Below are positions 1 through 7,500 of a DNA stretch of 64,000 bases, in pieces. The DNA lies in the IMG/VR virus record IMGVR_UViG_3300037851_000671, positions 32,001 through 96,000 of that record. One strand, 5' to 3'. This stretch comes from a virus. Taxonomy: Duplodnaviria; Caudoviricetes. Within the stretch, counting starts at the first letter, position 1, and each line of letters starts with the position of its first letter. The position numbers and the translations under genes are program-made. The notes under the pieces were generated by a model. The model had not been told where the DNA came from. It searched no databases and saw only the letters and a list, made by a program, of their open reading frames with translations.

Positions 1-41
1 AAGCCAACCGGACCTGGGGCACCAATTAGCTAAGGTTTTCA

Positions 42-1019
42 ATGCCAGATCCAACCCCAGCAACACCATATCCAACAGTAATACCTACCGTTCCGGCGAC
101 ACCAGCCCCAGCAACGGGTGGTGTTATTGTGCCTTCGCCTGGAGCTTCAACCATTCCGGTTGAGGATCCTGTTGTCAAAGAGTGGCAAAACTATCTGAAA
201 ACCGCACCGCTTGGTATTTCATATGCTGGTCCGGTTGATGGAAAATACAACCCAGAACTATTGACGGCGGCCAAAGCCCTTGAAGCAAAACTCAAAGAAC
301 AGGGCAAGCAAACTTCAATTGTTTCTTCTGATAAAATCACAGCGTCATCAGCCCAAGTAAAAACCGAAGTTGATCAACTGGCAGCCGCTCAGAAATCAGC
401 ACCTCCAAACATCAAGGTTTGGAAGGAATACGCCAAAAACCATGGTTATACTGGTAATGTAGATTCTCCAGATATTGATGCAAATTTCAAACAGACAATG
501 CTGAATCTTGAAGGCAAGCTGTCTCATGACGTACCTTCTATTACTGGTATGTTGTGGCAGGGCAATGCACCTAATCCAAACCTTACACCGGCCCAATATG
601 AAGAGGCTTTGAAACTTTTACAGACTGCTAAAGCAAAAGCCAAAAAAGCTTCGGTATATGAGTTTGTTGAGAAGCCAAATAGGTTTGTGGCGTTTACCAA
701 GATGGCGCAACCAACTTTAGATGAGCTTGGTCCGCCGGTTGAGCCAAGCGATTTGGGATCAGCTGGTAAGAGAATACTAACACAAGACGATTCACAACAG
801 TACAACGGAGACCCTGATACAGATCAAAATAGACCTGTGCATTCAGAAATTCCAGGCGCTGAGAAAAAACCAGAAGACGAGAATGAGGCAGAAAAAACGC
901 CGTCTGATGGTGGTAGAGCGAATCAGAGAATGAAAGAGTTAACAAATTTGATGGAGCAAGCAAAAAAAAGTTGTATGATTCTATCACTATGGGGGCATAC
1001 AATTTGTAACAGCTCATAA
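42..1019 (+). CDS. Head-region protein: Pro/Thr-rich N-terminus, two degenerate peptidoglycan-binding-like (PGBD) repeats, acidic C-terminal tail
   Basis: 325-aa ORF. VKEWQNYLK..ISYAGPVDGKY and IKVWKEYAKNHGYTGNVD resemble the V..lQ..L...GY..G.vDG.f PGBD pattern. Lies just upstream of the head genes. Confidence 0.45.
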   Translation: MPDPTPATPYPTVIPTVPATPAPATGGVIVPSPGASTIPVEDPVVKEWQNYLKTAPLGISYAGPVDGKYNPELLTAAKALEAKLKEQGKQTSIVSSDKITASSAQVKTEVDQLAAAQKSAPPNIKVWKEYAKNHGYTGNVDSPDIDANFKQTMLNLEGKLSHDVPSITGMLWQGNAPNPNLTPAQYEEALKLLQTAKAKAKKASVYEFVEKPNRFVAFTKMAQPTLDELGPPVEPSDLGSAGKRILTQDDSQQYNGDPDTDQNRPVHSEIPGAEKKPEDENEAEKTPSDGGRANQRMKELTNLMEQAKKSCMILSLWGHTICNSS

Positions 1020-1106
1020 TAAAGAGTTGTGTTTTGTAAGACCGCAAGATGTAAGTTGTTTGCGACCAACACTTAAGGGTGTTGAAACACACTAAAAAGG
1101 ATAATC

Positions 1107-1793
1107 ATGGCACTAGAACTTGTACAATCAGGCTTTCAGCCACTTGGTCAGTTTGATGGAGCGGACGATGTTTACTTGACCGTCAAGGGTGGCGAGGTAG
1201 CTACTATAATTGGCGTATCAAGGACAGGCACTGACCTTCGCACAGCTGACGTGGCAAACGACGGATACGTTGGAACGACCCGTCCAGCAGCTACCACAAA
1301 TCTTACTTCCGGCAACCGTCCATTGTTCCTCGTGGACGATGGCATTGTTGGATACGGCACTCTGTTTGGTTCCGTCATTGGCGGAGTTGCCGGACAGATT
1401 ACGACAGGCGCTCCACTCGGACCACACACAGCCGCTGCCTCTGGCAAGCTGACACTGTGGGACAAGCCAGGCACCTATGCGATTACGCTTGATGCAGTCG
1501 ATACTACATCCGCAACCGGCTTGGTCCCAACCAACGCCACATTGCAGATTGGCGACGCTCTCTATGCAACAGCCACTGGTTTGGTAACTCCAAACAACGC
1601 TGTATCTTTCGAGAGCCCAGGCGCTTCGGCACCAAAGATTGGCCGTTTCCTCAACTTCGAGACCAACAAGGGTGGCGCACTCGTCACAACCCCAGTCAGC
1701 CTCGTAAGCGCTGCAAACAGCCCAGTAGGCCAGGGACAGCCACAGCTCTCCAGATTTGCCCGTGCGTTGATCTTCTTCAACCCACCTGTCTAA
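1107..1793 (+). CDS. Probable capsid decoration/cement protein
   Basis: 228 aa, Gly/Thr/Ala-rich and beta-rich, SD (aaagga) upstream, directly before the major capsid gene. Assignment is positional. Confidence 0.5.
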   Translation: MALELVQSGFQPLGQFDGADDVYLTVKGGEVATIIGVSRTGTDLRTADVANDGYVGTTRPAATTNLTSGNRPLFLVDDGIVGYGTLFGSVIGGVAGQITTGAPLGPHTAAASGKLTLWDKPGTYAITLDAVDTTSATGLVPTNATLQIGDALYATATGLVTPNNAVSFESPGASAPKIGRFLNFETNKGGALVTTPVSLVSAANSPVGQGQPQLSRFARALIFFNPPV

Positions 1794-1815
1794 GTTAGAG
1801 AGTTTTTTTCCGAAG

Positions 1816-1874
1816 GATCGGAGGGGTTTAGCGGCCCCTCCTGATCGCCAGGGTTGTTGACAGAGTTGGCAACC
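1816..1874 (+). promoter_or_regulatory. Two tandem RNA hairpins in the leader of the major capsid gene
   Basis: gatc-ggagggg (1816-1826) pairs with cccctcc-t-gatc (1835-1846); ggttgttgac (1852-1861) pairs with gttggcaacc (1865-1874) using three G-U pairs; SD caggag follows. Confidence 0.5.
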
Positions 1875-1899
1875 TATAACCAAAAACAGGAGTCTACAC

Positions 1900-2127
1900 A
1901 TGTCTTTTTTTAATACACAGGGCACCGTAAATGCCACCAGTTTGAAGGATGCATTGAACACAATCGTTCGTTATGCATCGATCCTCGAAGAGGGACAGCC
2001 CTCCAACATGCAGCTTGCCGGACAGCCAAGCCTAAACAACGAGAAGCGTGATGAGCTGATTTCTCGTGCGATTCTGACACAGGAAGGAAAGATTGCCCTT
2101 GCCCAGGCCATGGCGAACCCAATCCGT
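1900..2127 (+). CDS. Major capsid protein, exon 1 (76 aa)
   Basis: SD caggag; MSFFNT...LAQAMANPIR ends at CGT 2125-2127 and is followed by an intronic TAA; joins exon 2 in frame to give ANPIR|RNLDYQGIARR. Confidence 0.9.
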
Positions 2128-3294
2128 TAAGTAACCGGCGGATGTAAAATTTAGCTATATGCTGGAACCTCCGAAAGCCTAATCACCGCAGCACTCAACA
2201 GGCCGACCACAGTAGGCGGCTTAAAACAAGCTAAGGTAACAGAATTAGGATGAAACGGACAATCAGCAGGAAAGGCAGACAAAATGGAAATGTATATAAA
2301 ACAATATGAAGCTGGCCTTACAATAAAACAAATTGCAGAACTTAACGAAGTTTCTTTTGAAGCAGTTAGAAAAGCAATAAAAGGCAAAGTGAAATGGCGT
2401 AGAAATTACATTTCAGATTTTACCGAAGAGCAGAAACAAAAAGCTATAAAAATGTTTGATGATGGGCAAACGGTCAAAGAGATAGCAAAGTGGTTTGAGA
2501 TATCACCACCAGCAATATCAAGACTCCTGATAGCAAACAATAGACAGCCTGATTCTTCTGCTAGAAGATATGAGATACTAAGAGCAACACCTCTAAATCT
2601 AATTCAAAAACAATTTATCGTTGGACATTTATTAGGCGATGGTTGTTTATATAGGGATGGAGAAAACTCACTGTTCAAAATATCACTCTCTCATAAAAAA
2701 GAACATGAACAATACTTCCACTGGAAAAGAACGATGTTAGATCCGTTCGTAAACACTTGGAGGGAAAATACAGATAAGAGAGGTAATTCGGTAATGTTAA
2801 ATGCAACAACGATATGTCATCCAGAATTAAAGCAATTTGCTGACATGTTCTATACACAAGATAGAATAAAGGTTGTGCCAAAAAATCTTGATTTATTTTT
2901 GACACCACTTAGTTTAGCAGTTTGGATAATGGATGATGGCAATCTGAATAGCGGAGTAAATATGAGAATAGCCACAATGGGTTTCTCAAGTGAAGACCAT
3001 ATAAGATTGCAGGACTATCTAAGAAGTGTGTTTGATATAAGAAGTAAAATAATGGGTTTTAGTTATAAAGGTAAACAATACCAGCAAATAACAATAAACA
3101 AAGAAAACACTCAAAAGTTATCAAACATAGTTAGGCCGTATATAATTGATTGCATGAAATACAAGATAATGTCTGATTCCTCAACGACTGAATGCTAAAC
3201 ACTAACAAATAGTGATGTTACAGTCTGAACCATATAGAGATATATGGAGCCAAGCAGAAATGACTTGGCCGGCTTCCCTAGCCGTAACACTTTG
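2128..3294 (+). ncRNA. Group I self-splicing intron (1167 nt) in the major capsid gene
   Basis: P1: exon atccgt (2122-2127) pairs with gcggat (2138-2143), U-G at the splice site. P3 tttagc 2150-2155/gctaaa 3194-3199; P4 tgctg 2160-2164/cagca 2264-2268; P6 ggaa/ttcc; P7 gactg 3186-3190/cagtc 3221-3225; P8 cacta/tagtg 3200-3214; P9 ccatata-GAGA-tatatgg; further 3' stems gccaag/cttggc and cggc/gccg; terminal G 3294. Confidence 0.93.
2284..3198 (+). CDS. Intron-encoded LAGLIDADG homing endonuclease with N-terminal HTH-like segments
   Basis: Motifs FIVGHLLGDGCL and LAVWIMDDGNL (two-motif LAGLIDADG). Sits in the P6 loop; its last codons overlap the P6/P7/P3 core strands. Confidence 0.9.
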   Translation: MEMYIKQYEAGLTIKQIAELNEVSFEAVRKAIKGKVKWRRNYISDFTEEQKQKAIKMFDDGQTVKEIAKWFEISPPAISRLLIANNRQPDSSARRYEILRATPLNLIQKQFIVGHLLGDGCLYRDGENSLFKISLSHKKEHEQYFHWKRTMLDPFVNTWRENTDKRGNSVMLNATTICHPELKQFADMFYTQDRIKVVPKNLDLFLTPLSLAVWIMDDGNLNSGVNMRIATMGFSSEDHIRLQDYLRSVFDIRSKIMGFSYKGKQYQQITINKENTQKLSNIVRPYIIDCMKYKIMSDSSTTEC

Positions 3295-4077
3295 CGCAAC
3301 TTGGACTACCAGGGTATTGCGCGTCGTCTCTTGGTTGTTGACCCGCTCCCACAGGGCGTCAACCCAACCTACGAGCGTGATATTGACGTAGCTGCAACCG
3401 TTGTTTCCAGCAATGGAACCGGTGGTGAGAGCCGCGTATTCGGTGACCGTATCACCGTTCCAACGTTCGAGCTTTACTCCAACCCAACGGTTAGAATCTC
3501 TGAGGTTCGTCGTCGTCGTTTCAACGTCATTGACCGTGCAGTGCAGAAGGCCCGTCAGGAGCTGATGGCTCAGGAAGATGCAAACATCTTCGCAGCCATT
3601 GACGCTGCTGCTCAGGTTGAGAACGTTGTACAGGACATCGCTGACGGTGGTCTCCTCAAGCGTGACCTTGTTGAGATCAAGGCGCAGATTGATCGCTGGG
3701 ACTTGGTAACGACCAAGTTCTTCATGAACATCAATGAGTTTACAGACATCCTCAACTGGGCATCCGGCGGCGGCCAGGGTCCAGGTGGTGGTGAAGTTGA
3801 CCCAGTTACACAGCGTGAGATTCTCCAGACCGGCCTCTACGCCCACATCTGGGGCGCGGACATCATGGTCTCCAAGATTGTTCCATCGGGAACTGTCTAC
3901 GGCGCAGCTGACCCAGAGTTCGTAGGTGTAATGCCAATCCGTCAGGACATCGAAGTTATCCCAGCTGACGAGCCAAAGCAACTTAAACTCGGGTGGGTGG
4001 TATCAGAAGAAATCGGAATCGGCATTGTCAACCCAAGAGGCACAGCCGTTTCCAGAAAGTCAACGCTGGTCGGATAA
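3295..4077 (+). CDS. Major capsid protein, exon 2 (260 aa; spliced product 336 aa), HK97-like fold
   Basis: RNLDYQGIARRLLVVDPLPQG...IGIGIVNPRG; strongly biased codon usage; followed by a strong terminator. The ORF-track start at 3244 lies inside the intron. Confidence 0.85.
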   Translation, partial: RNLDYQGIARRLLVVDPLPQGVNPTYERDIDVAATVVSSNGTGGESRVFGDRITVPTFELYSNPTVRISEVRRRRFNVIDRAVQKARQELMAQEDANIFAAIDAAAQVENVVQDIADGGLLKRDLVEIKAQIDRWDLVTTKFFMNINEFTDILNWASGGGQGPGGGEVDPVTQREILQTGLYAHIWGADIMVSKIVPSGTVYGAADPEFVGVMPIRQDIEVIPADEPKQLKLGWVVSEEIGIGIVNPRGTAVSRKSTLVG

Positions 4078-4102
4078 TTGAACCAGTAACGGTTACATAA
4101 CG

Positions 4103-4132
4103 GAAGGCGGGATTATTCCCGCCTTCTTTTTT
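4103..4132 (+). terminator. Rho-independent terminator after the major capsid gene
   Basis: 10-bp stem gaaggcggga/tcccgccttc, ttat loop, followed by T6. Confidence 0.9.
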
Positions 4133-4170
4133 CTTTGCGTGACCCTAAATAATTCTAATCGTTTTTAACT

Positions 4171-4176
4171 GATATA
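4171..4176 (+). promoter_or_regulatory. Candidate phage promoter class B, G(A/T)TATA-N9-start (first instance)
   Basis: Motif exactly 9 nt before start codons at 4171, 14694, 25431 (GTTATA), 26545, 30247, 49488 and 53812. Confidence 0.6.
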
Positions 4177-4185
4177 TGGATCGGC

Positions 4186-4452
4186 ATGAAAGAGCCAAGG
4201 ATAGTTTGTGTGCTAGCGCAATCAGAACCAGAGTACGTTGGTAAAATGCCGCTTCGTTCTGATATAGTTGTTCTACCAGCTGATGATCCTAAATTACTGA
4301 AAAAAATTGGTTTTAGTGTTGAAGAGAAAATTGGTATTGGTGTTGTCAATCCAAGAGGCGTGGCTATAGCAAGCAAGATAACTGTTGTTGATGGAATATT
4401 GAACGAACACCCTCCGGCTTTGGTAATTCGTAAAGTTACTATTGTTGAATGA
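4186..4452 (+). CDS. Small paralogue of the major capsid protein C-terminus
   Basis: PEYVGKMPLRSDIVVLPADDPKLLKKIGFSVEEKIGIGVVNPRG vs capsid PEFVGVMPIRQDIEVIPADEPKQLKLGWVVSEEIGIGIVNPRG; about 31 of 53 positions identical by eye. Confidence 0.75.
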   Translation: MKEPRIVCVLAQSEPEYVGKMPLRSDIVVLPADDPKLLKKIGFSVEEKIGIGVVNPRGVAIASKITVVDGILNEHPPALVIRKVTIVE

Positions 4453-4517
4453 TTGTCATGTTGCGTTGGTCGCGCACTGTATATTTAGGTATATTGGTGC
4501 GATTATACCAATGGTGA

Positions 4518-7500
4518 TTGATAATGACAACAAATAGGCAAACTGTTATTGTTCCTGATGAAGTTACTTATCCAGACGGGTACGTTGTTACATATGACCT
4601 TGTAAGTCAGTCATTTGTACCTAAAGCCCCAATAACATCGTATGGTCCAACGGGTCCTACAGGGGCCACCGGTCCCATTGGCCTTGGGTATGCAGGGCTC
4701 ACTTCAAATACTAGTTTTGCATCTAGTGATACCGGTACTAAGATTCTAACAACAAATCTATCTTCTATACAAACCTCATTTGGTGTTGGAACAAGAATTA
4801 GGGTTGCTTCAGCGGCAACACCAACAGATTTTGTTGAAGGCATCATTGCGTCTTTTGGCGGTTCGCTGTTGAGTTTCACCATAGATTACAATTCTGGTAG
4901 CGGAACACATACAGATTGGAACATAAGCGTAGCTGGACAAGTTGGATCTACAGGACCAACCGGAGCAACGGGACCAACTGGTGCGACCGGAGCAACAGGA
5001 GCAACGGGATATGGAAACTATGATTTGAACAATCTGTACCCAAATGTAATTCAAGATCCAACTGGGTTTGCTACAAGAACAACATCAAAAGTGACACTGG
5101 ATGTTGGTAATAAAACCCTAATCATAGATCCTGTTGGTGGTTCAACGTTTGATTACTACATAATGGGTATCAAGTATACGGTTGGTACAAAATCGGTAGC
5201 TTGGACAGCTGTCGAAGGATCGCATTTCTTCTACCTAGACTCAAGTAGTAATCTGGTTCATACAACAGATCCAACGGTATGGGCGGCGTGCATTCTTGGA
5301 ACTGCTGGGGCACCTGTTTGGTTTTTGGCCTGGGATAATACCAATAGCAAAATCCTAAGATCCATTGAAGAAAGGCACGGAACACAGTTGCCTGGTTCTA
5401 TCCATTCTTATCTTCACACCTATTTGGGAACACAATGGAAAAGTGGTGGTGCGTTAGCAAACTTCACAATAAGCACTGGAGCTGCTGATTCGCACGCTCA
5501 ATTTTCTGTTGATGACGTTGTGATAGCTGATGAGGATTTGCAGAGAAGCATTACAAATGCTGCATCACAAGTATTGTCAACAGTAGCTCAGTTGCCTGTT
5601 TTTTATCTATCTGGCACAATTGCTAGTCCTGTTTTTAGATTCAAAGAAGCTGATACATTCCCATTCATACAAAGTGGCTCAGCGGGATATACCGGAGCAA
5701 ATGGTAGAATTGCGTATAACGAAAATACAGGTGCCAATTGGGTTTTGACAGAGGTTCCTGTAAACGACAATTACGTACTATCTCATATAATTGCAACACC
5801 AGCACCAGACGGCTACACACCGATTATGGCTGTGCTAGGACAGACGTTTTATACTACGCTGGCCAATGCAACAACGGGGGCAACTACTGAAGCAGGATCT
5901 CTTCAGGGTTTGGTGTCTTTGATGTCAACCGAGTATAAAATACTTGGAACGGTTATCTATCAAACAAATTCTGGATATGGAAACACAGTAAAAGCAAGAG
6001 TGGTTGCTCCGTCTACTGGTGGTAATTATGTTGATTTTAGAGCTTCCAAATTCAACAACTCCACTACACAAGGCGCTGCGGGACCAACCGGAATAGGGTA
6101 TGCTGGATTTTCTTCTGCAACTTCTTTTGCATCAAATACGACAGGGCCAATTTCAATAACTACAAACTTCGCCAATACAGCAACAGCTTTTGCGGTTGGG
6201 GATAGAATAAGGGTGGCATCTCTCGCTACGCCGACAGATTTTGTCGAGGGTATAGTTACAGCGTTTTCTGGAACGTCGTTGACATTTACATCTGATTTGA
6301 CATCAGGTTCTGGAACACATACTGATTGGGTTATTGGAATTGCTGGTCAACAGGGAACCACAGGACCAACAGGACCAACAGGTGCCACTGGGGCAACGGG
6401 AATTGGATACGCAGGTCTAACGTCATCCACATCTTTTGTAGCTTCTTCAGTTACGCCAGTAAGCCCGGCAACTATAACCACAAACCTAGCATCAACAGCG
6501 AGTGCATTTGCTGTAGGGGAGCGAGTACGAGTAGCCTCGGCCGGTACACCAGCAGATTACGCAGAAGGTCCAATTTCATCTTTCAGCGGCACTACCATGG
6601 TAATCACCTGGGATTTTGGTGCAGGATCTGGAAGTGCCCATACTGATTGGACTATTTCAGCAACCGGTGTGAGAGGTTCCACTGGACCTACTGGACCTAC
6701 TGGACCTACTGGACCTACTGGGGCCACAGGCGCTACTGGCCCTTTGGTTCCATTATCAACAATCCTTGGTGTTGGTGATACAACAGATGGAAATGACATT
6801 TACCTAACAGGAACTGACAGGTTATTAACTGATGCCGGTTACCTTGCAAAATCAGGTGGTTCAATACGTTTAAATGGAAAAGACGGGATTCCAGGCCAAG
6901 ATGGTTATTCTGTTTACATTCGTTCTGGAGACTCTATTGATGGGTACGCTGGTATCGCTATTACGTTATCTGCTGCCGTGTCTGGATCTTATGCTGGAGG
7001 GTTAAATCTATACACAGGAAATTTTGGTAGTTATGGTAAAGCGGCCAGTGCAAATATAAACAACGCATCTTCTGGACAGTCAGCGTATTGGTACATAACA
7101 TCCGGAGGTTTTGGTAGTGATACAGATGCAGTATTCCAACTAGGATCATCTTCGGCTTCCAATTCCTATGGTTGGAAACTTGCTGGTGGAACATTTGGAG
7201 GATCTGGCAACGGAACAGGCGCAACGCTTGAAGCAAAAGCTGTAACATCATCATACGGATCAGAGATATACATTAGCACAGGCGGAACAACCGATGGTTA
7301 TCCTGGTACGTCAATGTCGCTATGGAAAGCACAAAATGGTTTGAATGCCGGTGGTTTTAATCTATATACAGGCGATTTTGGAAGTTTTGGAAAAGCGGCA
7401 TCAGCAGTTATAGACGGGGCATCTGCTACACAATCGGCATATTGGTTCTTGTCATCTGGAGGTTTTGGAACACATTCAGGATCCACTTTCCAATTGGGTC

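Noticed and set aside
962-1019. A8 run as a -1 frameshift site at the end of ORF 42
   Set aside because: Both frames stop within about 20 codons and no stimulatory element is evident; may be a homopolymer error.
3244-3294. ORF-track start of the capsid at 3244
   Set aside because: These codons are intron 3' stems ending at the terminal G; the real N-terminus is exon 1.
3202-3981. 259-aa antisense ORF over the capsid gene (also 1218..1961 and many shorter shadow ORFs)
   Set aside because: Explained by codon bias of the sense genes; no recognisable motifs or start signals.
3905-4380. Diversity-generating retroelement TR/VR pair between the capsid 3' end and ORF 4186
   Set aside because: Differences are spread over all bases and synonymous sites, not limited to adenines; no reverse transcriptase in the window.
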